From Puccinia triticina (Eukaryota), in NCBI GenBank assembly GCA_026914245.1, contig CP110439.1:6510001-6574000 (forward strand): 64,000 nucleotides of DNA, in the 5' to 3' direction. Made by a program: the position numbers and the translations under genes. Shown piece by piece: positions 13,602 to 26,188 of the stretch (position 1 is the first letter of the stretch; every line of letters begins with the position of its first letter). Below the pieces are notes generated by a model that had not been told where the DNA came from, made no database searches, and saw only the letters and a program-made list of their open reading frames with translations.

Positions 13602-14243
13602 AGCAATTCTCAGACCGATGGGCTGGCGACCACAAGGCGCGCATTGGACATCTAGAAGCGGTCGTACGCCTACTTTCAGCTCAAACAGGGTCTGGCCGGA
13701 TCCCCTTGGTCTCGTCTGGGATGTTTCAATACTTGATTCAGAGGGGCCTGGTACCACTTTTATCCAGGAAAACAGTGGAGTCTTTGGAGTACGACCGACG
13801 AGGTGGGAGGCTTAAGCAACGGACTCATCCAAGCACTCCGCCTAGTCACCCTCCATCAAGTGGGCCGTTCACGTTCATGTGCTCCTTGGATCCTCCTGGC
13901 TCATTCAAATCACCACAGCCCTTCTGCCCCCCACCGACTGTTGACCCAAGAGCAAGCGCATTCCTCTCGGAGAGCTCTTCCTCAACGTCCTCCGTCACTC
14001 ACTCATCGAAACCTTTCACACCCATGGCACCAGCCACGACGTCCTCAGGTCTTTCCTGCAGCTCACCTCCTTCAAGATAATTCATCTCCCCCGATCCTCG
14101 GCCACGTTTTCTTACCACCAAAGCCAACGACTTCTACCCGCCTTCAGCACCATCGCACATTCGTCCTGCCCCGCCCGTCCTCACCATCCTTCCCTCAGCC
14201 CTCCGACCATCTCCCAAACCGATCCCCATCAACGCTTCTGGAC

Positions 14244-16812
14244 GGAGACCGGACCCGCAGGGGGAGGTCGCTCAGGTCCAAGCACGCAAACGAGAGCGCC
14301 CAGGCTGGGCCTAGAGAGTCTAAGCTAGATTACGATTGATTAGGTTTGAGACCGGGCTCATGCGCCACGACTACCTTCATAATCTAGCTCTCCGTGACTC
14401 TCTTAGCCCCGCATCGTCCAGAGCGCTCTCTACCATCTCTCCACTGCTCATCGGCTCACGCGCGCATTTTTTCGGTTTTTGTGTTTCCAAACGTCTATCA
14501 GGCAATAACATCTATCACCTGACTCACAAGTTTCGATTGACAGTTACTCGCTCCTGACCTACACTCAGTTACTCGCACAATTTTGCACTCCCCATACTCG
14601 ATGGTTGAAGACATGGCTAAGCGATCGACTAAAAGAAGCAATAAAGCGACGGACAACCCGGAGGCGCTAGCGGTTGATGGGGCGGCTCTTCCGGAAGGAC
14701 GTGGTAATTCTGAGGGTTGCGGTAACCAATCTGGTATAGGCGCGATAGGAGGAGATGGGATTAGAGATATGACGGCGACGGAGAACTTAAGTAGTTAGTT
14801 CTCCCTCTTTAGGTGAAGCAACCAAAGTGGCTGGTTAGCTAATTCAAGTTTAATTTGCGAACTCCCTTTTTTTTAAAGGTGACGCTACGAAGAAAGGCAA
14901 AGATGTGTCGATTGATACCGACAGTGAAGATAGCTTTAAGGGTTAGTCACCTCTCAAAGTTGCTGAGTAGCAGATGAAAATATCACTCGTAATTTGCTCG
15001 ATGTTGATTTGTGCTGGTTTATATTCGAATATTGAATCGTATTTTGCTCGATATCATTTTCAGAGATTCCCAATCCATTGAAGGATGGTCAAGTCCAAGA
15101 TACGGCATCTAGATACAAGGCTATCTTGTTGAACCTACCGTTAATAATTGAACCAGAAGCGATTACCGTGACCGAACCATCCAATGTCAACACCGACACC
15201 ACAAGCACTGCCCTTGATAAAACGGCTCAAGAGAAGACTGATCGTCAAGAAATCTGGGAACGTGCTAGAGAAGCCTTCAACAAAGGAGATAAAAAGTCTA
15301 CCAACTTCTTCTTGAGATTATACGGGAAGATGGACAACAATACTTCTCTGTCAGCACCAGATAGACCTGACATCTTGAGGTCTTCTTCGAGCGACGCGGT
15401 AAACCCAGGAGTTAACGCGGCGAAAAGGCCGATTGACAAAACAACCATTGTATTCATCAAAGGGTCATTGCCTAATCATTTCAACGTCGGATTTACTCCG
15501 TACTTTGATCGTAACATTCGAGAATTCAGAGGTCCTATTCTGTTGACGATTTTCGATAAGAACTGGCAGAGAGATGCAATCCACTATTACACCAATAGAA
15601 GATCAAGAGGAGATGAAAAGGATGGAAATTATATCGGTTATGAATATCCAAATGAATGGACGCAGACTTTCAGTAAATGGACGACTAATCATCGCAATTT
15701 CTACATAACGTTCAGAGATATGTATGGTTACACCGAATTCGCAAAATGGATTTTAGTTCATAAGGAAAACGTAGACAAAATTGTCGGAGAAGAAGGGTTT
15801 ATGACAGCTTTTCGATACAACATGATCGTCCGACAAAACACTTTTTCTTATCAAGTCAAGACCGAATCCGGTGAGATATCTGCTGTGGATATTTCAATGT
15901 ATCGGGACGATGTAAAACGTGAAGCTTGGAGAATCACTTCCACTCTTGGAGAGAACAATGAAACCGATAATCCCTACGCTATTGGCGCAAAGAAGTTTGG
16001 TTTTGATCCGAATACGGGCAAGCAACGTATCAAGGCGCAAAAGGGAGGAGATGATATAGTTAGAAACGAGTCTTCTTCTAGGCGGGGCAGAGGTGGTCAT
16101 CGAGGTAGAGGGTTTGGAGAAAGGTGGGGCCAAGAACGACAAAACTCAGATTACGGGGGTTACCAAGACTACCACCAAGAAGATAATCATAACAAACGAC
16201 CGAGGGACCATGGATATGGGGAAAATCAAGCCGGTAGAAGTAACAATTATGGCGGTTATCAAGGCGCCTATAATCGGGATTGTGGCGGCTATGGGAGAGA
16301 TCAAGGATCCTCTAGAGGTTTCAAGAAGAAGGATGTTTCCTCTTCTTCAGTTAAAGATAAAGAGAATTAGTGGGCTTCTTTCTCCCGTCTCTTTGGAATA
16401 TTTTCAAGTTTCCTCTTGTTGTGCAATTGGCTTCTTCACCTTGTGTTTTGAGCTCCCCGGTGTGCGAAGCGTCTACGTTGTTAGCCTGCATTCCTGACAT
16501 TTGTTTTGTTTTCATTTCTGGTCACTTTTGACCTTGCTCTGGTTTAGCGGGCAGGTTAATCTCTTCAGGAGGGGAGTCTCCGAGTTGCTTGCGACCATCC
16601 CTGGGACTCCTTCCTAGACAGGATGTGTTATCCCGATGGAAGTGAGGCAACAGCAAACTCGGGGCTCTCCGCCGAGACCCGAACACTGACCCCTGTGAAA
16701 ACCTACCGGCAGGTAGGGGCCACAAGGGTCTACGGGATTACCTAAGGCTGCTGCGGCAGCAGCTAAGGTCGTCCCGGAAACGTGTGCAGAAGATGAACGA
16801 GTGGAGACGGCT
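14244..16812 (+). mobile_element. 2.57-kb insert without LTR or TIR, probably a non-autonomous tyrosine-recombinase (DIRS/Ngaro-like) retroelement
   Basis: TGGAC lies at both junctions (14239-14243, 16813-16817). Removal restores the host ORF (STLLD|RPTSAP). Both ends are hairpin-rich. The family assignment is inference. Confidence 0.6.
14613..16370 (+). CDS. Three-exon hypothetical protein (~515 aa) with RG/YG-rich C-terminus, putative retroelement ORF1/gag-like
   Basis: Exons 14613-14790, 14879-14941 and 15064-16370. Two phase-1 GT..AG introns join them into one stop-free frame (1548 nt). Alternative ATG at 14601. Confidence 0.7.
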
Positions 16813-19800
16813 TGGACAGGCCCACCTCCGCGCCCTCCTCCCCCCCACCAAGCGCGTCCTGCTCCAAGAGCTCCTCCTCGACGCCCTCCTCTGCCTGCTC
16901 TTTGAAGCCCAGTCCGGTCGCGCTTCCTGCCTGCCCTACAGGTCTCTTGCCTGAAACTACCCCACCTCCGCCAAACACTGCCAGCTTATCCTTGCCTTCG
17001 CCGGCTGTTTCAACTCCAGTATTACCCTCAACATCACCCCCTTCTCCTGCTCCATTGATCCTCCTGCTCCCTCCGCAACCCGTGGCGACTGCCAAATCCC
17101 TGCCGTCAGACGCCATGCTCTCTACAACCACCCAGACCGATTTCCCCGCTTTCCAAGAACCTCGCCGAACCCAGGCTTGTCCAGAAAGCACATCCCCGAT
17201 CCTCTCACCTCTGCACGTTCCACCAGCGCCTTCAACACACTCCCCAGAGCTTCTGAACCTTCCCACGCAATTACCCCCACCGACATTATCAAAACTATCC
17301 TCAACCACACCCCCATCTATGGCAAATCCAACATCTCCGGCCGCTGCCGTCACAACATCGCTGTCGACACCACTTAACCAGCCTGAATTGCCATATTCCA
17401 TCCCATCTCCGTCCCATCTCCCTCGGCCATCTTCTCCGGGAACAGTTAACATGGGAGGCTTGAGCATAGTTGAAGACACAGTTGCTCCGGAATTTTCAAT
17501 TACAACTCAGTTCTACAACAACAATATCGACAAATACCTCAAGTTGCTTGAAGGGTTCAACGCGGACGAATTGAGTGACGGAGAAGTCAGTGTAGAGTTG
17601 CCAAATCCTACTGCCACCAACTTACCTAATCCTTCACCTACCAACACTGCAACTCCTTTAACAAAGAAAAAGAAGAAGAAGAAGAACAACAACAACAACT
17701 GAAGTATACACCAGGCCCATTGTCCAACCAACTCAGATCTCTCCCGCCCCAGCCACTTTTCAGCGTCAAACATTTCTGGAATCCCCGCTGCTACCCCCCT
17801 GTTTTTTTGACTACTGTCTCACCTCTCATCTCCCTCTTGTCTCAATTTTTATTATTCTTCTCTCCTCTTATAGGGGGGGAGACTGTGAAGCCCCGCGCGT
17901 CCTGCGGGTTTCACAAGGCAAAATGGGCCATGTCACATGAGGAGGACTATAGTTGAGCCCGTCCCCCTCGCCCCATCTAGCCCGGCAGAGACTCCGGACC
18001 CCATTCATCTCTCTGCTTGGGCTAGGTAAGCCTTTCCCTTCCTCGCTTGTCATCTCTTTCTCCTTCTCCCTTCTTCCGCATGTACATAGACTAACAAGAG
18101 ACTCCGGACCCCATTCATCTCTCTGCTTGGGCTAGCCACGTAATCCAAGCTCCCCGAACGCTGGTTCTAGAACCGCTAGGCCTTCGAGCCCGTCCCACTG
18201 TGCCTCTCCAGCCTCTGCTCAGTGAAGGGTCTCCTGACCCTTACACCACATGGGCCAATGATCTAGAAACTTGTCTGTCCCGGAGTGGGTCCATCTGTTT
18301 CTGGAAGAATTGCCCCATTGCCTGGAACAGCAAAAGACAGCACAACATCACCCTTTCATCAACAGAGGCGGAAATGAATGCACTAGCCGATGGCGTCCAG
18401 GAAAATCAATGCATAAAATTTCTAGTAGAGGAACTATGGAACAAGCAACTAGATCCATCTACCTTCTACATAGACAATTGCGGACTGGCGGAAAAAATAA
18501 AAAACTTTGGCTTGAATTCAAAAACTAAACATCTAGACATAAAAATGAAGTGGTTGCGTGACTTGAAAAACAAGAATGAAATCTCTGTCACGTTAATCCC
18601 ATCCGAAGACATGATGTAAGAGCTGTGAGCTCTTCACTGGGCTAGGGCACTGGCGCTCAGGGAGACAACGGTCTCGAGGGTTCTGATGCCAACGTAGGGG
18701 AGTCTTTATTTCAACTAGCTAGCTCAGGAGAGATGTCGGTTGGTCAGGGATCTCTCAGTCTACATACAATATCAGGAGAGTGAGGAAAGGGAAAGGGAAA
18801 AAGGAATAATGGCTTACCTAGCTCAGGAGAGATGTCGGTTGGTCGGGGATCTCTGCTGAGCTAGGAGGGCGGCGGCGACAGTGGTATGTGGGGTTGAACT
18901 GGTCCTTGTGAAAGGGTTTGTGAAACCCGTGCCGCCCGCGGCGCGGGGGTTTTACAGTCTCCCCCCCTATATTGAGAAGAAGAAAAGGGAGAGGGCCATG
19001 CGGTGAGAGGATTGCTGGAATTTAGCGCGGCAAAAGTGTAAAGAAGGGGGTAGGGGGTGAGTCAGAGCATATGTGTAAGGATAACGGGGGGGTTGAGGTG
19101 CGGGCCGTTGAGAATAGTCAGCAAGACAGCGACTGGAGGCGGCTAATTGTCAACTTGTGTTATTGGTTTGTGTCTTTCGGCGGTGTGTTAGATCTGGCGG
19201 TTGGGTAGGGATGATTGGACAAGCGAGGACGGTCGGAAAGGTAGAGTGTAGAGGGATGATTGTCAAATTGGGTGTATGTCGCGGTAGAGGTCAATAGGCG
19301 GAAGTGGTGTGCCGGGTTGGGAGTTTAGCTGTTGGAGCTGTGTGAACCATACCCCGTAAGCACCTGCCCGCATGGAACTGATGTAGAACCCGGCGGCAAG
19401 GCAGACAAGGGAGTACATACCCGATTTCCTCAGAGTCTTCTTCAGAGAATTCCCCTTCTACTCTATCGAGCAGTGAAGAGTTGAATCCGGGGTGTTGTAG
19501 AATTAAGGCCTCACCTTCGGTGAACAACCGGTGCTCCGCATCAAGGATTTCGGCGGTTGCCATGTAGGCCGCAGAGCCATCATCTGGTGTGGGGGTGCTG
19601 GTGCTCATCTTGTTGGTGAGTGAGGATTCAATCTCGTCGAGTGCTGCAATGGCAGCCGCGTGATATTCCTCAAAATCGGTGTCGTCATACATCTCAGCCA
19701 ATTGTTCTTGCGGTGCCGCTCTGTCGTCAGTAATGGCCGCTACCCCAGCGGGTCGTCCCGTTGGTCGACCCGGCTGTGCCAATCCTGCCCGTGTTCCTGT

Positions 19801-20918
19801 GCCGTGGGGCTTGGTCCAAGCCCGTGGTGCCACATAGTTGGCTGGTTTGGGCGGCACCACAAAGGTTGGAGGGATGTCGATGGGTCCGCGGTAGGCTGGT
19901 CATGGGCAAGTCCCGGCTGCATTCCCGCAGTACTGTTTACAGTGGTGGCATTTCCCCACCGAGTCTAGGTAAGAGTGTATTTGCCAGATGTACTCTTCGC
20001 GGGGAACGTTGCCTATGTTAGAATTTTGTTGGGATGGTGTGTTGGCGGCTCCCGCCCTCGGGCAATAAGTCTTCTCTGGAAGGGTGTCATAGCAATTACC
20101 CACTCGACGGATGAACTCTTTAAACTTGAATTCTTCGCGCTTGAGGAGGTCCAGTTTATTGACTTTGTTCTCCAATTCAGTCGGGAGCCCAAACACCATC
20201 CCCTCTGCGAGTTGAAAGTCGGACAAGGTATGCCGCTCAAAGTTGATCATCCGTTGGAGCGTCCGAGCATGGGTTGTGTACTGACTGAAAGTTTCCAAGT
20301 CGAGCATTTTCAAATAACGGACCTCTTTCTGTAAGGCAGTGCGCCACTGCAATGGGAGGGCTGCCTCAAAAAGGTCCTCTTTGACCTCAAGCCAGTTCTT
20401 CTCAATCATTTTCTGGGATTCAGCTTGAAAGAACAAGAGCAGATTAGTTTCCGAGATCAAACGCCCGATGATGAGGATTTTCTCCCGATCCTTCGTGACA
20501 TCCTTAGACGTGAAGAAGATTTCCACGCCGTTGATCCACACCAAAAAAGGCTCCACTTTCATGTACGGGCCCATATATTTTGGTGCGTTGGCACTACCAA
20601 GATGGATGAATTTGCGATGTTGTATATTGATCAATATAGCGTATGTTGATCAATTGATATTGATCAATTTTTTTTTATTCCTCTTGATACCTTTGTCTGT
20701 GTTCCATGTCTCCTTAATGCTCTTCTATAATCTATCTCCTTCCCCTGTATTTGCTTCAAGCCACAGGAATCTTTTTTTTGTCTGATAACATTCATAAATT
20801 TATACATACACCATTCAATTCTACATGAAAAAAATACACTGCAAGGTTTAGGATTAAACCAGAGTGGCTGAGGGGGATCAATTTTTTTTTCTTTTTTTTC
20901 TTCATTTCAACAATTGAT

Positions 20919-21117
20919 TAGGGTGTTCAAAGTTAACTTGCATAAAATCATAACACCATGAAATCATAAAATTCTAAGCTGAAAAAATATGTTGCACCCA
21001 AGCACTCAAATTAGAGCAACATTTCTAGAATGGTACATATGAAATCATCACTTGAAAGTTTTATGATTTTATGATTTTATACATTGAAAATTTTATGATT
21101 TCAACTTTGAACACCCT
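20919..21117. mobile_element. MITE in the left CACTA arm
   Basis: TIR AGGGTGTTCAAAGTT/AACTTTGAACACCCT. Absent from the right arm (empty site CAATTGATGTTATC). TGAT is duplicated. Confidence 0.8.
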
Positions 21118-21459
21118 TGATGTTATCAGAAGTCTCCAAATCTACTTTTTTTCAAAAAAGGAAAAACATTGACCCCTGACCTCTATCAGTATCATGATAC
21201 GATCCTGCACCCATTGCTAATTTGGTTGGTTGAACTTCCTGAAGATATTGCACATCATACTTGAAGTGCTACATGCATAGAAGGCCTTTTTGAAATTAGT
21301 TTACCATGGTTTAGCATATTGTTGTCAGGTTCTTTTTTTTATCAACTTTTGTTGTCAACCACAGATTAATGATGAATATTTCCACATAAAATTGCATCGG
21401 ACAATTTTTCTGCATAGAAAACCCAGAAATATTGTGTTTGGGGTCACATCCATTATGCA

Positions 21460-24400
21460 GCAGCTACAGTCTGATCAGTTCCCAAATATCACTACTTTGG
21501 TAGTTTATTGTTGTTTCTGCCACTATATCTCATCCCAGTGTGGGAATCCTTCTGCCATATGGTTACCGAAATGGTTGGAGGCCCCCAAAGATTCATTATG
21601 TACCTTTACTGACCACAAAACCCCCAAATGTAGCAGCTACAGTCTGATCAGTTCCCAAATATCACTACTTTGGTATTTCTTGGTGTTTCTGCCACTAAGT
21701 CTCATCCCAGCGTGGGAATAATTCTGCCATATGGTTACCAAAATATTATATAGCCCCCAACGATTTATTATGTACCTTTACTGACCACAAAACGTCCAAA
21801 TGTAGCAGCTACAATCTGATCAGTCCCCAAATATCACTACTTTGGTAGTTTCTTGGTGTTTCTGCCCCTATATCTCATCCCAGCATGGGAATACTTCTGC
21901 CATATGGTTACAAAAAGGTACATAATGAATCTTTGGGGGGTTGTTAACATTTTGGTAACCATATGGCAGAATTATTCCCACGCTGGGATGAGATATAGTG
22001 GCAGAAACACCAGGAAACTACCAAAGTAGTGATATTTGGGAACTGATCAGACTGTAGCTGCTACATTTGGGGGCCTTGTGGTGACTTAAGCTCCATAATG
22101 AATCCTTGGGCGCCTTTCAACATTTTGGTAACCATATGGCAGAAGGATTCCCACGCTGGGATGAGATATAGTGGCAGAAACACCAAGAAACTACCAAAGT
22201 CATTATATTTGGGAACTGATCAGACTGTGGCTGCTACATTTGGGGGTTTTGTGGTGACTAAAGGTACAGGATGAATTATTGGAGGCCTGTCAAAATTTTG
22301 ATAACCATATGGCAGAAGGATTCCCATGCTGGGATGAGATATAGTGGCAGAAACACCAAGAAACTGCCAAAGTAGTGATTTTGGGAACTGATCAGACTGT
22401 AGCTGCTACATTTGGGGGTTTTGTAGTCGGTCAAGGTACATAATGAATCTTTGGGGGCTTTTTAACATTTTGGTAAACATATGGCAGAATTATTCCCACG
22501 CTGGGATGAGATATAGTGGCAGAAACACCAAGAAATACCAAAGTAGTGATAGTTGGGAACTGATCAGACTGTAGCTGCTACATTTGGGGGTTTTGTGGTC
22601 AGTAAAGGTACATAATGAATCTTTGGGGCCTCTAAACATTTTGGTAACAATATGGCAGAAGTATTCCCACGCTGGGATGAGATATAGTGGCAGAAACACC
22701 AAGAAATAACAAAGTAGTGATAGTTGGGAACTGATCAGACTGTAGCTGCTACATTTGGGGGTTTTGTGGTCAGTAAAGGTACATAATGAATCTTTGGGGC
22801 CTCTAAACATTTTGGTAACCATATTGCAGAAGTATTCCCACGCTGGGCAGAGATATAGTGGCAGAAACACCAAAAAACTAGCAAAGTTGTTATATTTGGG
22901 AACTGATCAGACTTTAGCTGCTACATTTGGAGGTTTTGTGGTCAGTAAAGGTACACAATGAATCTTTGGGGGCCTTTAAACATTTTTGTAACCATATGGC
23001 AGAAGGATTCCCACGCTGGGATGAGTTATAGTGGCAGAAACACCAAGAAACTACCAAAGTAGTGATATGTGGGAACTAATCAGACTGTAGCTGCTACATT
23101 TGGTGGTTTCCTGGTCACTAAAGGTACATAATAAATCTTTGGAGGCCTTTCAACATTAAGGTAGCCATACGTCAGAAGGATTCCCACACTGGGATGAGAT
23201 ATAGTGGCAGAAAACCAAGAAACTACCAAAGTAGTGATATTTGGGAACTCATCAGACTGTAGCTGCTTTTTTTGGGGGCCTTGTGGTGAATTAAGCTTTA
23301 TAATGAATCCTTGGGGGCCTTTCAACATTTTGGTAACCATATGGCAGAAGGATTCCCACGCTGGGATGAGATATAGTGGCAGAAACACCAAGAAACTACC
23401 AAAGTAATGATATTTGGGAACTGATGAGACTGTAGATGCTACATTTGGGGGTCTTGTGGTGAATTAAGGTCCATAATGAATCCTTGGGGGCTTTTCAACA
23501 TTAAGGTAACCATACGTCAGAAGGATTCCCACACTGGGATGAGATATAGTGGCAGAAAACCAAGAAACTACCAAAGTAGTGATATTTGGGAACTCATCAG
23601 ACTGTAGCTGCTTCATTTGGGGGCCTTGTGGTGAATTAAGCTTTATAATGAATCCTCGGGGGCCTTTCAACATTTTGGTAACCATATGGCAGAAGGATTC
23701 CCACGCTGGGATGAGATATAGCGGCAGAACTGATCAGACTGTAGCTGCTACATTCGGGGGTCTTGTGGTGACTTAAGGTCCATAAAGAATCCTCCGGGGC
23801 CTGTCAACATTTTGGTAACCATATGTCAGAAGGATTCCCACGCTGGGATGAGATATAGTGACAGAAAACCAAGAAACTACCAAAGTAGTGATAGTTGGGA
23901 ACTGATCAGACTGTAGCTGCTACGTTTCAGGGTTTTGTGGTGACTAAAGTACATAATGAATCTATGGGGGTCTGCAAACATTTTTGTCAGCCTTAGAGTC
24001 AACACAGTTGACCTAAAACTGCCTTTTATCTCCATTTTATACCTAAAGGTGTTCATATTGTTTTAACCTTAAGAAATAAGGTTGTTTTGACTTCAGATTC
24101 TGATTTCTCATGCAATTTTGACCCTATTTTTCACCAATCACATTCCAATATCTCCACTCCTTCATAGATTTTGTGGTTTGTGACACGCATGCGCAGCAGC
24201 GCCTTGTAGTCGCGCCTGAGCGCTCCAAACCACATGTACATGTGTGATTATGTCATCCAACTTTGAAAATTTTCGAAGTCAGGATCCCCCATGCAGCTGG
24301 AGGATCCACAGACTTCAGTACACCAGAACCATACCCCAGAGACACCCAGGATCACTAACCAGAGGCCACTTCACTCCCAGTATCACCACAGGATATTGAC

Positions 24401-26188
24401 AGTAAGTACCCTCTTCTACTGACCTTGTTTATCTCAGAGGAAACTCTGTTGCTCTTGACTGCTCTCTCCCTGCTTCTGTTTCTCTCTTCTGCTCCAAAAG
24501 ATCCACAGGTTATCTCTTGTTAAGACCTTTAAAACCAGAGCAGAGTAGTCAACCTACTTCTGAATCCCACCACCGTTTCCTTGGTGTGAGTGGAGACTGT
24601 TGCATCTCTAGCACAGTTGGCAGCCTACTTTTCCAGGTAGAGCTTGGCCCATATTAAATCATAATTCAAACAGATCAAGTTTCTCTCTTCTCAGTTTCTC
24701 TCTTCTATTCCTCTTCTCTCCACTGCTTGTATTTCTTTATCCCAAGGAATTCAATCAGTGTCCCCCTTTTTCTTGTGTCCTGCTGTCACATAAGAGACTC
24801 AGGCTCACAATTTTGGTAACCATATGTCAGAAGGATTCCCACGCTGGGATGAGATATATTGGCAGAAACACCAAGAAACTACCAAAGTTGTTATATTTGG
24901 GAACTGACCAGACTTTAGCTGCTACATTTGAAGGTTTTGTGGTCAGTAAAGGTACATAATGAATCTTTGGGGGCCTGTAAAGATTTTGGTAACCGTATGA
25001 CAGAAGGATTCCCACTCTGGGATGAGATATAGTGGCAGGAACACCAAGAAACTACCAAAGTAGTGATATTTGGGAACTGATCCGACTGTATCTGCTACAT
25101 TTGGGGGTCTTGTGGTGACTTAAGGTCCATAATGAATCCTTGGGGGCCTTTTAACATTTGGGTAACCATACGTCAGAAGGATTCCCTCGCTGGGGTGAGA
25201 TATAGTGGCAGAAAACCAAGAAACTACCAAAGTAGTGATATTTGGGAACTGATCAGACTGTAGCTGCTACATTTGGGGGCCTTGTGGTGACTTAAGCTCC
25301 ATAATGAATCCTTGGGCGCCTTTCAACATTTCGGTAACCATATGGCAGAAGGATTCCCACGCTGGGATGAGATATAGTGGCAGAAACACCAAGAAACTAC
25401 CAAAGTCATTATATTTGGGAACTGATCAGACTGTAGCTGCTACATTTGGGGGTCTTGTGGTGACTTAAGGTCCACAATGAATCCTTGTGGGCCTGTCAAC
25501 ATTTTGGTAACCATATGTCACAAGGATTCCCACGCTGGGATGAGATATAGTGGCAGAGACACCAAGAAACTACCAAAGCAGTGATATTTGGGAACTCATC
25601 AGACTGTAGCTGCTTCATTTGGGGGTTTTGTGGTGGATAAAGGTACATAATGAATCTTTGGGGGTCTGCCAAGATTTTGGTAACCATATGGCAGAAGGAT
25701 TCCCACGCTGGGATGAGATTTAGTGGCAGAAACACCAAGAAACTACCAAAGTGGTGATATTTGGGAACTGATCAGACTACAGCTGCTACATTTGGGGGTT
25801 TTGTGTTGACTAAAGATATATCATGAATCTTTGGGGGCCTGCAAACATTTTGGTAACCATATGTCAGAAGGATTATCACGCTGGGATGAGATATAGTGGC
25901 AGAAACACCAAGAAACTACCAAAGTAGTGATATTTGGGAACTGATCAGACTGTAGCTGCTACATTTGAGGGTTTTGTGGTGAGTAAAGGTACATAATGAA
26001 TCTTTGGGGGCCTGCAAAAATTTTGGTAACCATATGGCAGAAGGATTCCCACGCTGGGATGAAATATAGTGGCAGAAACACCAAGAAACTACCAAAGTAG
26101 TGATATTTGGGAACTGATCAGACTGTAGCTGCTACATTTGGGGGTCTTGTGGTGACTTAAGGTACATAATGAATCCTTGGGGGCCCGT
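21460..26188. repeat. ~173-bp tandem satellite inside CACTA (continues 38738-39550; ~27 copies in total)
   Basis: Unit GGTAACCATATGGCAGAAGGATTCCCACGCTGGGATGAG... recurs at 21954, 22127, 22300 and onward. Orientation flips at ~21915. Confidence 0.95.
23985..24809 (+). mobile_element. Solo LTR (Gypsy family related to the 60310-61242 LTR)
   Basis: TGTCAGCC...GGCTCACA with 5-bp TSD ATTTT. Termini and internal blocks match the reverse complement of 60310-61242. Confidence 0.88.

Larger units (their letters stand above)
12495..18245 (+). mobile_element. Non-autonomous LTR element A (362-bp LTRs, ~2.9 kb native, no pol)
   Basis: LTRs 12495-12856 and 17884-18245 (TG...CA), perfect 5-bp TSD CCACA, PPT TAGGGGGGGAGAC. 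The internal region carries only degenerate S/P/T-rich ORFs (13803-14243 joins 16818-17702 in frame). Confidence 0.93.

Noticed and set aside
16735..16775. HDV-like or hammerhead ribozyme (GCTAAGG after a hairpin)
   Set aside because: No nested pseudoknot or CUGANGA/GAAA core could be assembled. A simple extended hairpin explains the pairing.
16763..17479. 238-aa Gly-rich minus-strand ORF
   Set aside because: It is the antisense shadow of the S/P/T-rich ORF of element A.
21460..26188. CRISPR-like regular array
   Set aside because: The entire 173-bp unit repeats with no unique spacers, there are no cas genes, and the context is eukaryotic.
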